Of a stretch of 64,000 nt of DNA, positions 22,121 through 31,609 are shown in pieces. The notes beneath the pieces were generated by a model. It had not been told where the DNA came from, made no database searches, and was given only the letters and a program-made list of their open reading frames with translations. Made by a program: the position numbers and the translations under genes. Every line of letters starts with the position of its first letter. The first letter of the stretch is position 1. Source of the stretch: Alphaproteobacteria bacterium. Lineage in GTDB: Bacteria > Pseudomonadota > Alphaproteobacteria > UBA11073. The stretch covers positions 9,089 to 73,088 of the forward strand of contig OZ251979.1 in assembly GCA_965246755.1 (NCBI GenBank). Direction: 5' to 3'.

Positions 22121-22148
22121 ATCGCGCTTCATGGGCGCGATTTTTTTT
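22121..22148 (+). terminator. Rho-independent terminator after the three-gene island
   Basis: Perfect hairpin ATCGCGC-ttcatgg-GCGCGAT followed by T8. The track's yejA-like start ATG at 22131 lies in the loop. Confidence 0.6.
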
Positions 22149-24131
22149 GCAATGATAATGCTAGCGGTGCAGCTGGTGACGTTTGGTGCCTTTGCCGATG
22201 TACCCGCTGACACGTCTATTGTCGGCTTGGCGAAGCCAGATGCGATGCCGTCTGCCGTCGCTGCAAAAGGCACTTTTAGCCCGCAACACGCCCTCTCCTT
22301 ATACGGCACACCTAAATACCCCGCGACCTTCCAGCATTTCGATTATGTGAACCCTGATGCACCGAAGGGCGGCGCGATTAATCTGGCCTCGCTGGGTGGG
22401 TTTGACAGTTTGAACGGTTTTATCCTGAAGGGTGAAGCCGCAGCAGGGCTTGATTATCTATATGATACGCTAATGACCGGCTCGCTCGATGAGCCGTTTA
22501 CGCAATACGGCCTGCTGGCGGAGAGTGTTGAGGTCAAGGAACTGAGCGAACGTCCCGAGGTCCCGGGTCGCATCACGCCTTCGCCAAGGCTGCGGCGCGA
22601 CTTGCCCGGGATGACAACTCCAACAGCTGCAGCGCCGGTAGGTGGCCGCACTGTCACCTTTACGCTGCGGCCGGAAGCAAAATGGCAGGATGGCGAACCC
22701 ATCACGCCCGCCGATGTGATTTTCACCTTTAACACATTGCGGACCAAGGGTCACCCGTCCTATCGCTCCTACTTCGCGGATGTCGCGAGCGTTGCGCAGT
22801 CCGGCCCCCGTGCCGTGACCTTTACACTCAAACCTACGCAAAACCGCGAACTGCCGATGATCCTGGGCGGTCTCCCCATTCTGCCGGCACATTACTGGGC
22901 CAAACATGATTTCAGCGCGACGACATTAACCGCGCCGCTTGGCAGCGGACCCTATAAAATCCAGACTGTCGATGCACCGCGCCGCATTACCTATACACGC
23001 GATCCCGATTACTGGGGCCGCAACCTGCCGGTCAACACAGGCCGCTATAATTTTGATACGCTCAATTTTGATTATTACCGCGACAGCAATGTCTTGCTGC
23101 AGGCGTTTTTTGCCGGCGCGATTGACCTGCATCAGGAAAATGTCGCCAAAGACTGGGCGACCTCCTACCAGACCAAACCGGTTTTGGACGGCCGTATTAA
23201 AAAGGAGGAAATCACCCACCACCTGCCTGCCGGCATGCAGGCCTTTGTCATGAATTTGCGTAAACCGGTGTTTCAGGACCGCCGCGTGCGCGAGGCGCTC
23301 AACCTCGCCTTTGATTTTGAATGGGCCAACAAACATGTCGCCTTTGGCGCCTATACGCGCACGCAAAGTTTTTTTGAAAATTCCGATTTGGCGGCACGCG
23401 CGCTGCCATCGGCGGATGAATTAAAACTGCTGGAACCATACCGCGATCAACTCCCACCCGAAGTTTTCACGAGCATATTTCATACCCCGCAATCCGACGG
23501 CAGCGGCGATAACCGCGCCAACCTGCGCCGCGCCAAGCAATTGCTGGAGGAGGCCGGTTATACGCTGCACAATGGTGTGATGGTCAAGGACGGCCAACCG
23601 CTGGAATTCGAAGTGCTGCTGGTGCAGGATGCGTTTTTGCGCTGGCTGAACCCGCTGGCGCGTAACCTCGAAAAAATTGGCGTCCGCGTTAACATCCGTG
23701 TTATTGACACTGCGCAGCTACAGCGCCGCCAGGACCAGTTTGATTTTGACATGTTGGTCGGCACCTTTCCGCAATCGAACAGTCCCGGTAATGAACAGCG
23801 CGATATGTGGATGTCGGCGCGCGCCGAGACAAAGGGCAGCCGCAATTTAATGGGCCTTAAATCCCCGGTGGTGGATATGCTGGTTGGCAAGATTGTCAGC
23901 GCCAATTCATTGGCAGAATTGCAAACCGCCTGCCGCGCGCTCGACCGCGTGCTCAGCTGGGGCTATTATGTCATCCCCAACTGGTACATCAATAATTTCC
24001 GCGTTGCTTACTGGAATAAATTCGGGCGGCCCGCCGTGAACCCGCCCTATGGGCTGCCGATTGTGGATACCTGGTGGAGTCGCGAGCAGACGAGTAGACG
24101 AGTAGACGAGAAAAAACTACAATCAAAATAA
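22131..24131 (+). CDS. ABC transporter substrate-binding protein, family 5 (YejA/microcin C-type oligopeptide binding)
   Basis: 666 aa with an N-terminal hydrophobic signal, YejA-like blocks (NLASLGGFDSLNGFILKG, TFTLRPEAKWQDGEPITPADVIF) and an SBP_bac_5 fold. The true start is probably the ATG at 22152 or 22158. Confidence 0.75.
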   Translation: MGAIFFAMIMLAVQLVTFGAFADVPADTSIVGLAKPDAMPSAVAAKGTFSPQHALSLYGTPKYPATFQHFDYVNPDAPKGGAINLASLGGFDSLNGFILKGEAAAGLDYLYDTLMTGSLDEPFTQYGLLAESVEVKELSERPEVPGRITPSPRLRRDLPGMTTPTAAAPVGGRTVTFTLRPEAKWQDGEPITPADVIFTFNTLRTKGHPSYRSYFADVASVAQSGPRAVTFTLKPTQNRELPMILGGLPILPAHYWAKHDFSATTLTAPLGSGPYKIQTVDAPRRITYTRDPDYWGRNLPVNTGRYNFDTLNFDYYRDSNVLLQAFFAGAIDLHQENVAKDWATSYQTKPVLDGRIKKEEITHHLPAGMQAFVMNLRKPVFQDRRVREALNLAFDFEWANKHVAFGAYTRTQSFFENSDLAARALPSADELKLLEPYRDQLPPEVFTSIFHTPQSDGSGDNRANLRRAKQLLEEAGYTLHNGVMVKDGQPLEFEVLLVQDAFLRWLNPLARNLEKIGVRVNIRVIDTAQLQRRQDQFDFDMLVGTFPQSNSPGNEQRDMWMSARAETKGSRNLMGLKSPVVDMLVGKIVSANSLAELQTACRALDRVLSWGYYVIPNWYINNFRVAYWNKFGRPAVNPPYGLPIVDTWWSREQTSRRVDEKKLQSK

Positions 24132-24210
24132 TGATCATAACCGTTATTCATCACGATAACTTAAAAGGCGTCTTGCCTCGTCTGCTCGTCTGCTCATCTG
24201 CCCATATCTC

Positions 24211-25329
24211 ATGATCTCTTATATTCTCCGCCGCCTGCTGCTGATTGTCCCGACCCTGCTCGGCATCATGACGCTGAATTTCCTGATTGTGCAGGCGGCC
24301 CCCGGCGGCCCGGTCGAACAGATGATTGCGCGCGTCCAGGGCAATGCCGTGGATGCCACCTCACGCGTCGGCGGCGCGGCCTCCAGCGATGTATCGCCCA
24401 ACGCGATGAGCCAAAAGAATTTTGACAGCGCCAGTGCCGCCCCATCGAAGTATCGCGGCGCCCAGGGCCTCGACCCCGAATTTATCAAGGAGCTCGAGCA
24501 TCAGTTTGGCTTTGATAAGCCGCTGTGGGAACGCTATCTCATTATGCTTAAAAGCTATGCCACTTTTGATTTTGGCAAAAGCTATTTTCGCGACACGCCG
24601 GTTATTCAACTCGTCATGTCCAAACTGCCGGTGTCCATTTCACTGGGGCTGTGGACCACGCTGCTCGTCTATTCCATTTCTATCCCGCTTGGCATTCGCA
24701 AGGCGGTACGCGATGGCTCCCATTTTGATATCTGGACCAGCGGCATAATTTTCGTGATGCATGCCATCCCCAGTTTTCTGTTCGCAGTACTTCTGATCTT
24801 GCTGTTCGCGGGCGGGGAATATTTTGCGTGGTTTCCGCTGCGCGGGCTGGTGTCTGACAATTGGCACGATCTCGACTGGCCGCATAAAATCTTCGATTAT
24901 TTTTGGCATATCGCACTGCCGGTATTGGCGATGGTCGTGGGTGGTTTTGCGTCTCTTACCATGCTCACCAAAAATTCCTTCATCGATGAGCTGGGCAAGC
25001 AATATGTATTGACCGCGCGCGCCAAGGGCCTGTCGGAACAGCGTGTGCTGTATGGTCATGTCTTCCGCAATGCGATGCTGATTGTGATCGCCGGTTTTCC
25101 ATCCGCCTTTATCAGCATGCTGTTCACCGGCGCGGTGCTGATTGAAGTGATTTTTTCATTGGACGGGCTGGGGTTGCTGGGCTTTGAATCCGCAATGCAG
25201 CGCGATTATCCAGTAATGTTCGCAACGCTCTATATCTTCACGCTGATTGGACTTGTCATGAACCTTATTAGTGATGTGACTTATATGTTGATTGATCCGC
25301 GCATCGATTTCAACCAGCGGAGCGATTGA
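24211..25329 (+). CDS. ABC transporter permease (YejB-like, BPD_transp_1)
   Basis: 372 aa and about six TM helices. The N-terminus [19 protein letters not shown] is typical of DppB/YejB permeases. Confidence 0.8.
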   Translation: MISYILRRLLLIVPTLLGIMTLNFLIVQAAPGGPVEQMIARVQGNAVDATSRVGGAASSDVSPNAMSQKNFDSASAAPSKYRGAQGLDPEFIKELEHQFGFDKPLWERYLIMLKSYATFDFGKSYFRDTPVIQLVMSKLPVSISLGLWTTLLVYSISIPLGIRKAVRDGSHFDIWTSGIIFVMHAIPSFLFAVLLILLFAGGEYFAWFPLRGLVSDNWHDLDWPHKIFDYFWHIALPVLAMVVGGFASLTMLTKNSFIDELGKQYVLTARAKGLSEQRVLYGHVFRNAMLIVIAGFPSAFISMLFTGAVLIEVIFSLDGLGLLGFESAMQRDYPVMFATLYIFTLIGLVMNLISDVTYMLIDPRIDFNQRSD

Positions 25330-25916
25330 TGGACATGATAAAAACTCTATTGCCACAACGCCCCAGAGGATGGAGCGAACATTATGTTTGCATCCTTTGG
25401 ATCATTAACTTTTTGATTGTCACAGTACTGCTAATAGCAAAAAATTTTCTTACTTTTCATACTTATATTTTTTCCGCCTTAAAACAACAAGCGGACTTCA
25501 ACCATATAATTTTCTCTGTTCTTACTATGATGGGAAGCTTGATTCTGCTTATCAAACCAAAAGTTTTTCTTCCCGTGGTCGCTGTCAACGTTTTAGCCAT
25601 GTTGCTTGCTAAATTTGGCGTGCTTATTGCGTTGTTTACAACTGTGTGGAGTGCGTTGTGGGGATTATATTACATTATTAAAAATATTATCATTAAATTT
25701 AATGACCCCTTGGAACAAAACATCAATCTTTACCGGCACATTTTCATATTGCTCTGTGCATTTACACTGTTGAACGGGCTTATCAATTATGACTTCGGCT
25801 TTAGCGGATTTAGTGAACAAACATTCTTCACAATTGGTGTCATGGTCAGCCATGTCATAACCATCGGCTGCGCTTTTTTCTTGGCACGCAAAATATTAAA
25901 AATGTCTCATGATTAA
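25326..25916 (+). CDS. AT-rich polytopic membrane protein inserted between the two permease genes
   Basis: 196 aa and about five TM helices. The ATG overlaps the yejB-like stop (ATGA), and the 3' end overlaps the yejE-like start by 8 nt. Its GC content is far below the flanking genes. Confidence 0.5.
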   Translation: MMDMIKTLLPQRPRGWSEHYVCILWIINFLIVTVLLIAKNFLTFHTYIFSALKQQADFNHIIFSVLTMMGSLILLIKPKVFLPVVAVNVLAMLLAKFGVLIALFTTVWSALWGLYYIIKNIIIKFNDPLEQNINLYRHIFILLCAFTLLNGLINYDFGFSGFSEQTFFTIGVMVSHVITIGCAFFLARKILKMSHD

Positions 25917-26934
25917 AATCTCCCCGCTTACCCGCCGCCGCTTGTATAATTTCCGCAAGAATAGGCGTGGTTACGTTTCTTTCTGGATTTTCCTGGGCAT
26001 CTTTGTGGTGACGCTGCTAGCCAACTTTGTGGCCAATGACAAACCACTATTAATGTCGTTTAAAAATCATCTTTACACACCAATATTTCAAAGCCTGCCG
26101 GAAACCTTTTTAGGCGGTGACTTTGCGACCGCGGCCGATTACCGCGACCCTTATGTGCAAAAACTGGTTACACAAAGCGGCTGGATGGTCTGGCCGCCCA
26201 TTCATTATAGTTATAACACGATCAATTATAACCTACCGCAACCGGCGCCGTCACCGCCGAGCCATGACAACTGGCTGGGCACCGATGACCAGGGACGCGA
26301 TGTGCTGGCGCGCTTGATCTACGGCGTACGTATTTCATTATTATTTGCACTGGCTTTAACGGTGTTATCATCAGCAATCGGCATCGCGGCGGGCGCGGTA
26401 CAGGGATATTTCGGCGGCCTCATTGATCTCGTCTTTCAACGGTTTATCGAAATCTGGTCGGGCATGCCGGTGCTCTATCTCCTCATCATTATGGCCAGTA
26501 TTATTGAACCCGGGTTTTGGCCGCTGCTATTGTTATTACTATTATTTTCCTGGATGAATTTGGTTGGCGTGGTGCGCGCGGAATTTTACCGCGTCAGAAA
26601 TTTTGACTATATCCGCGCTGCGCGGGCACTCGGCGTTGGCAATGCCACGATAATGTGGCGGCACATCCTGCCTAATGCGCTGGTGGCCACGATTTCGCTA
26701 ATGCCCTTTATCGTGACGGGGGCGGTGACCACCCTCACCTCGCTCGACTTCCTCGGCTTTGGCCTGCCGCCCGGGTCGCCATCACTGGGCGAACTGTTGG
26801 CACAAGGCAAGGCCAACCTGCACGCGCCGTGGTTGGGTCTTACGGCCTTTTTCGCGCTGGCGATCCTGCTCTCCATCCTGACCTTTATCGGGGAAGCCGT
26901 CCGCGATGCCTTTGACCCGCGCAAATTGGGGTAA
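25909..26934 (+). CDS. ABC transporter permease (YejE-like)
   Basis: 341 aa and about six TM helices, with the DppC/YejE-type conserved loop ([10 protein letters not shown] near the C-terminus). Confidence 0.8.
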   Translation: MIKISPLTRRRLYNFRKNRRGYVSFWIFLGIFVVTLLANFVANDKPLLMSFKNHLYTPIFQSLPETFLGGDFATAADYRDPYVQKLVTQSGWMVWPPIHYSYNTINYNLPQPAPSPPSHDNWLGTDDQGRDVLARLIYGVRISLLFALALTVLSSAIGIAAGAVQGYFGGLIDLVFQRFIEIWSGMPVLYLLIIMASIIEPGFWPLLLLLLLFSWMNLVGVVRAEFYRVRNFDYIRAARALGVGNATIMWRHILPNALVATISLMPFIVTGAVTTLTSLDFLGFGLPPGSPSLGELLAQGKANLHAPWLGLTAFFALAILLSILTFIGEAVRDAFDPRKLG

Positions 26935-26978
26935 TTTTATTGCGTGACGGGTTAATTCCCGCTACTGCTGTCCGCCTT

Positions 26979-28556
26979 ATGGCTACACAAAACTCTCCCA
27001 AGCGCGCTTTAATATCCGTCTCCGACAAAACCGGCATCGTGGAATTCGCGCGGCAATTGCTTACCCAAAATATCGACCTAATCTCAACCGGTGGCACGTA
27101 CAAGGCATTAAAGGATGCCGGACTGACTGTTACCGAAGTTAAAGATATCACGGGTTTCCCCGAAATCATGGATGGGCGTGTTAAAACGCTGCATCTCAAA
27201 ATTCATGGCGGGCTGCTCGCTAATCGTGAGAAACCAGAACATTTGGCGGCCATGCAAACGCATGGCATTACTGGTATCGATATTCTGGCTGTTAATTTGT
27301 ATCCATTCCAAACGACAAGTAACGATCCTCATGCAGACTATGCGGATTGTATCGAAGACATCGATATCGGTGGCCCGGCAATGATCCGCGCGGCTGCCAA
27401 AAACCACGCGTATGTCGCGGTAATCACCGATCCTGCGGATTACACAACTGTGGCCGCCGCGCTGCAAAATAATACATTCGATTTTACATTGCGCCAAAGG
27501 TTGGCGGCCAAGGCCTATTCGCATACCGCCAATTATGACGGCGCGATTGCCCATTGGTTTCAGACCCAGCTGGGAGACACGCCATCATTACCATTTATCG
27601 CCATCGGTACATTGCATCAAACATTACGTTACGGTGAAAATCCTCACCAAACTGCAGCGTTATATTTAGATAATACTAATCGTATTGGTGTGGCAACTGC
27701 GGTGCAAATCCAGGGCAAAGAATTATCCTATAATAATATCAATGATACCGATGCCGCGTTTGAATGCGTCGCGGAATTCCAGAAACCCGCCGTCGCCATT
27801 ATCAAACATGCCAATCCCTGCGGCGTCGCGGAGGCGGCTGATTTAACGACTGCTTACCAACGCGCGCTGCGTTGCGATCCGGTCTCCGCCTTCGGCGGCA
27901 TCATCGCGCTTAACCAAACCTTGGACGCCCAGACCGCCGCCGAGATTGGCAAAATCTTTACCGAGGTCATCATTGCGCCCGGCATTACGGATGATGCGCG
28001 TGACTTGCTCGCTAAAAAATCCAACCTGCGTGTGCTATCGACCAATGGCCTGCCCGACGTTACCGCCGCTGGCCTTAGTTACAAATCCATCGCCGGCGGT
28101 TTGCTGGTGCAAAGCCGTGATAATGGCCGAATTACCGAGAGTGATCTGCGCACCGTCACCAAACGCGCGCCAACAAAACAAGAATTACAAGACTTGCTGT
28201 TCGCCTGGCGCGTCGCCAAGCATGTGAAATCCAACGCAATTATCTATGTGAAAGATGGCGCAACGGTTGGCGTCGGCGCAGGCCAAATGAGCCGTGTCGA
28301 CAGTGCGCGGATCGCCGCGCAAAAGGCCGCTGAGGCCACCACGGCGGCGGGTCTGGACATATTATTGACCACCGGCAGCGCCGTTGCCTCTGACGCGTTT
28401 TTTCCCTTCGCGGATGGTTTGCTGGAGTTGGTAAAGGCCGGCGCGACTGCGGTCATTCAGCCCGGCGGCTCCAAACGCGATGATGAAGTCATTGCCGCCG
28501 CTGACGCGCACGGCATCGCCATGGTCATGACCGGCATGCGGCATTTTAGACATTAA
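26979..28556 (+). CDS. purH: Bifunctional AICAR transformylase/IMP cyclohydrolase PurH
   Basis: [17 protein letters not shown]... MGS-like domain followed by the AICARFT domain. The track ORF begins at a TTG at 26940, and the ATG at 26979 gives the canonical N-terminus. Confidence 0.92.
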   Translation: MATQNSPKRALISVSDKTGIVEFARQLLTQNIDLISTGGTYKALKDAGLTVTEVKDITGFPEIMDGRVKTLHLKIHGGLLANREKPEHLAAMQTHGITGIDILAVNLYPFQTTSNDPHADYADCIEDIDIGGPAMIRAAAKNHAYVAVITDPADYTTVAAALQNNTFDFTLRQRLAAKAYSHTANYDGAIAHWFQTQLGDTPSLPFIAIGTLHQTLRYGENPHQTAALYLDNTNRIGVATAVQIQGKELSYNNINDTDAAFECVAEFQKPAVAIIKHANPCGVAEAADLTTAYQRALRCDPVSAFGGIIALNQTLDAQTAAEIGKIFTEVIIAPGITDDARDLLAKKSNLRVLSTNGLPDVTAAGLSYKSIAGGLLVQSRDNGRITESDLRTVTKRAPTKQELQDLLFAWRVAKHVKSNAIIYVKDGATVGVGAGQMSRVDSARIAAQKAAEATTAAGLDILLTTGSAVASDAFFPFADGLLELVKAGATAVIQPGGSKRDDEVIAAADAHGIAMVMTGMRHFRH

Positions 28557-28560
28557 AATT

Positions 28561-28740
28561 TGTCATCCCGGCCGGCCGCAGTCACGCCGTAGCGCAAAGC
28601 GCGAAGGCAGACAAGGCGTGTGCCGGGATCTCATGACGTTGGCAGAGGAATAATCTGCGCCCAAATTCGCTGGGATCCGCTGCCACGGGGGCCCGGGTCA
28701 TTTCGCTTGATGCTGATGCACACGTGGCCCGGGATGACAG
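28561..28740. repeat. MITE-like element with terminal inverted repeats TGTCATCCCGGCC...GGCCCGGGATGACA
   Basis: A 180-bp unit exactly fills the gap between convergent purH and wrbA. It has roughly 13-bp terminal inverted repeats, internal CCCGGG-rich sub-repeats, and no coding capacity. Confidence 0.45.
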
Positions 28741-29310
28741 CTATGTTTTAAACTTCGCCGCCACTTCGGCGACGCGTTTGCCAAACCGCCGCGCGGTTTC
28801 AAGGTCGCCGGCGGGCGGTGCAATCTCCGGCGCTTCGTTATTGGATTGAGTCATGAGCCCTGAAAAGCTGCCGATGCGGTTAACCGCATTACTATCTGGA
28901 CCTTCCACGCCCTTTACCTGCGGCGGCATTTCGGTTTGCCCGACCCAGATCATGCCATGTTGCATGGCCAGGATCATCAGCTGCTGTAGCGCCGCCAGTT
29001 TATCACCGCTGTAAGAGCCGGAATTGGTAAAACCAGCCGCGATTTTATTCTTCCACGCGCCGGTCATCCAGCGCTTGGAAGTCTCGTCGATAAATACTTT
29101 GAAGGGCGCCGAGACGCCGCCCATATAGGTGGGCGCACCCATGATAATAGCATCCGCGGCATCCAGGGTCATCCAATCAGCCTCCGTCAATTCAGCAGCT
29201 TTTAATAAAGTCACGCTGGCGCCGGCGGTTTTGGCGCCTTGAAATACTGCCTCTGCAACTTTGGCAGTATGGCCATAGCCGCTGTGATAGACAATTGCGA
29301 TATTAGTCAT
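28741..29310 (-). CDS. wrbA: NAD(P)H:quinone oxidoreductase, WrbA-type flavodoxin
   Basis: MTNIAIVYHSGYGHTAKVAEAV... is the flavodoxin-like fold signature of WrbA (189 aa). Confidence 0.85.
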   Translation of the reverse strand: MTNIAIVYHSGYGHTAKVAEAVFQGAKTAGASVTLLKAAELTEADWMTLDAADAIIMGAPTYMGGVSAPFKVFIDETSKRWMTGAWKNKIAAGFTNSGSYSGDKLAALQQLMILAMQHGMIWVGQTEMPPQVKGVEGPDSNAVNRIGSFSGLMTQSNNEAPEIAPPAGDLETARRFGKRVAEVAAKFKT

Positions 29311-29311
29311 G

Positions 29312-29918
29312 TTATTTGCTTTCCTTGGTTGCTGCGGTGGGTTTGGGTGCCTCTACCTGTGCTTCGGCCTCAATTCTGATCTCTACATCATCGCTGACAT
29401 CCGGCACATATTTGCTGATGCCGAAATCCGCGCGTTTGATGGTCGTGGTCGCCGTAAAACCTACTGCCTTTTGCTTGGTCATCGGATGCAGAGCTTGTTT
29501 GTTTAGCGTCACATCTAACGTGATCGGCTTGGCCACATTCATCAACGTTAAAGTACCATCAATTTTGGCGGTATCTTTACCGGTCACGGTGACTTTGTCA
29601 GACACAAACTTGGCGGTGGGGAATTTTGCGGCATTCAAAAAATCCGCGCTTTTGATATGCGCGTTGAACTTGTCCAGACCGGTCACGAGTTTTTTAATGT
29701 CGATATCGGCCACCACCTTGCTGTTTTCAGGATGGTCACTGTCCAACGTCACACTGCCGGTCACTTCCGGAAACACGCCCCACGGATGCGAAAACCCAAA
29801 ATGGCTGAGGCGCCACATGATGCTAGTATGGGTTGGGATCGAGTTTATAGGTGTCGGCAGCCAAGGCTGCGTTGGCACTCAAGGCCACAACGGCAACGGC
29901 CAGTAATAAACGTTTCAT
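29312..29918 (-). pseudogene. yceI: YceI-family periplasmic protein, frameshifted near codon 30
   Basis: The signal peptide and mature N-terminus (MKRLLLAVAVVALSANAALAADTYKLDPNP) are in one frame (ORF 29823-30011). The remainder of YceI (THTSIMWRLSHFGFSHPWGVF...) is in another frame (ORF 29312-29878). The switch occurs in the C-rich run GATCCCAACCCATAC near 29830-29840. Confidence 0.6.
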
Positions 29919-29956
29919 AACCAAGGTCTCCAAAGGTAAGTGTAAGATGAACTGTT

Positions 29957-30760
29957 TCACCGGAAATACAAGAGGGCCAGCATGACCAGGCCGGCCGTAA
30001 TCCTGTACCAACCGAAGAGCGTAAAATCATGCCCCATGATAAACCGCAACAGCCATTTGACAACCAAGAGGGCCGCTAAAAACGCGGTGATAAACCCGAC
30101 CGCCATAATGGCTATGTCGTCGCCAGACAGGACCGCACGGTTTTTATACAGGTCGAATACCGTTGCCGCCAGCATGGTCGGCACCGCCAAAAAAAATGAA
30201 AATTCCGCTGCGGTCTGGCGCACGACGCCCAGCACGCGTGCGCCCATAATGGTGGCACCGGACCGCGACACGCCCGGCACCAGCGCCAGGCACTGCATCA
30301 AGCCGATTTTAAAAGAAATTTCAACCGGCAGTCTTTCTACATCATGATAACGGTCGGCCAGCTTCACATATTTTTCAATCGCGATGATCGCAATACCACC
30401 GATAATGAGCGACCAGCTGACAACCCACGGTGAAAATAATTTCGCTTTCACAACATCATGCAACAGTGCGCCCAAAATCATCGCAGGTAAAAACGCGATC
30501 AGCAGCGACCACACAAAATGCCGCGCTGCGCGGTCGTGGGGCAGACGCTGTACGACCGTTATCAGCCGTTGGCGGTATAACACGCAAATCGCCAAAATCG
30601 CGCCCAGCTGAATGACGATTTCAAACACCTGGCCCGGCATCTGTTGCCAGCCGAATAGCCGTTCCGCCAAAATCATATGCCCGGTTGACGAGATTGGCAA
30701 AAATTCCGTGATGCCTTCGATCAAACCAAGGATAACCGCCTGTACGAACTGATGAGTCAT
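29957..30760 (-). CDS. uppP: Undecaprenyl-diphosphate phosphatase
   Basis: 267 aa with eight TM helices and the BacA motifs GLIEGITEFLPISSTGH and PGVSRSGATI. Confidence 0.9.
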   Translation of the reverse strand: MTHQFVQAVILGLIEGITEFLPISSTGHMILAERLFGWQQMPGQVFEIVIQLGAILAICVLYRQRLITVVQRLPHDRAARHFVWSLLIAFLPAMILGALLHDVVKAKLFSPWVVSWSLIIGGIAIIAIEKYVKLADRYHDVERLPVEISFKIGLMQCLALVPGVSRSGATIMGARVLGVVRQTAAEFSFFLAVPTMLAATVFDLYKNRAVLSGDDIAIMAVGFITAFLAALLVVKWLLRFIMGHDFTLFGWYRITAGLVMLALLYFR

Positions 30761-30772
30761 GCATGGTATTAT

Positions 30773-30849
30773 GAGGCTGGAGATTGGAAGCTGGAAGCTA
30801 AAAAAACACGTGGCAAGAATCCAACCTCTAGCTTCTAACCTCCAGCCTC
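30773..30849. promoter_or_regulatory. 20-bp imperfect inverted repeat in the divergent uppP/GST promoter region
   Basis: GAGGCTGGAGATTGGAAGCT pairs with AGCTTCTAACCTCCAGCCTC at 18 of 20 positions, separated by a 37-nt A-rich loop. Confidence 0.3.
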
Positions 30850-30863
30850 TATAAACTCCACAC

Positions 30864-31532
30864 GTGCGTCTGCTGTATCATTTCAATTTGTCACCGGAAG
30901 GCCGGCTGGTCCGCCTGGCGCTCGCCGAAAAAAAGCTGCATTACACCTATGAGCAGGTTGAGTTTAACCAGTTTCCGCCCGCCGTTTTAACATTATCACC
31001 GCGCGGGCAGTTGCCATTATTGGTGGATGAGGATGGCCAAGCGGTGGCCGGCGCCGGTGCGATTACCGAATATCTGGAAGAATTATATCCGCTCGACCTT
31101 TTGATTGGCGCCAACAGCATGGCCCGCGTTGGCGTGCGCAGCCTGCTTGATTGGCTCAATGCGGATTTCGCCTGTGAGGTCACGCATAAATTATATGGCG
31201 AACGTTTGCTGAAACGCGCGTCACGGGTCGGCGCGCCGGACAGCCGCGCCATTCGGGAAGGGCTGGCGCGTATTCCCGCCTATTTGGACTGGATCGGCGC
31301 GCAATGCGAACTGACGCGCTGGCTGGCCGGGGATGATCTGACCTTGGCCGATTTAAATATGGCCGCGCAATTGTCTGTCATCGATTATCTTGGCGATGTG
31401 CCGTGGCAGGATTTCCCCGGCGCCAAAACCTGGTACAGCCGGATTAAATCCCGCCCGAGTTTCCGGCCTTTGCTGACCGACATTTTTCCAGGCCTGCCGC
31501 CCAGCAGCCATTATGCCGATTTGGATTTTTAA
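30864..31532 (+). CDS. Glutathione S-transferase family protein
   Basis: 222 aa with a thioredoxin-like N-domain (LLYHFNLSPEGRLVRLALAEKKL..., a GST_N pattern) followed by an alpha-helical C-domain. Confidence 0.6.
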   Translation: MRLLYHFNLSPEGRLVRLALAEKKLHYTYEQVEFNQFPPAVLTLSPRGQLPLLVDEDGQAVAGAGAITEYLEELYPLDLLIGANSMARVGVRSLLDWLNADFACEVTHKLYGERLLKRASRVGAPDSRAIREGLARIPAYLDWIGAQCELTRWLAGDDLTLADLNMAAQLSVIDYLGDVPWQDFPGAKTWYSRIKSRPSFRPLLTDIFPGLPPSSHYADLDF

Positions 31533-31609
31533 AAATTATAATTGCTGCTATAGGTTATCTCGTCCTTCTCCCTTGAGGGAGAAGTGAGAACAACCCTCGA
31601 GGCACTATA

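Noticed and set aside
22454-23366. Three minus-strand ORFs (97-146 aa) within the yejA-like gene
   Set aside because: They are antisense to a confidently assigned SBP gene and show no motifs.
24640-25059. 139-aa minus-strand ORF within the yejB-like permease gene
   Set aside because: Antisense artefact.
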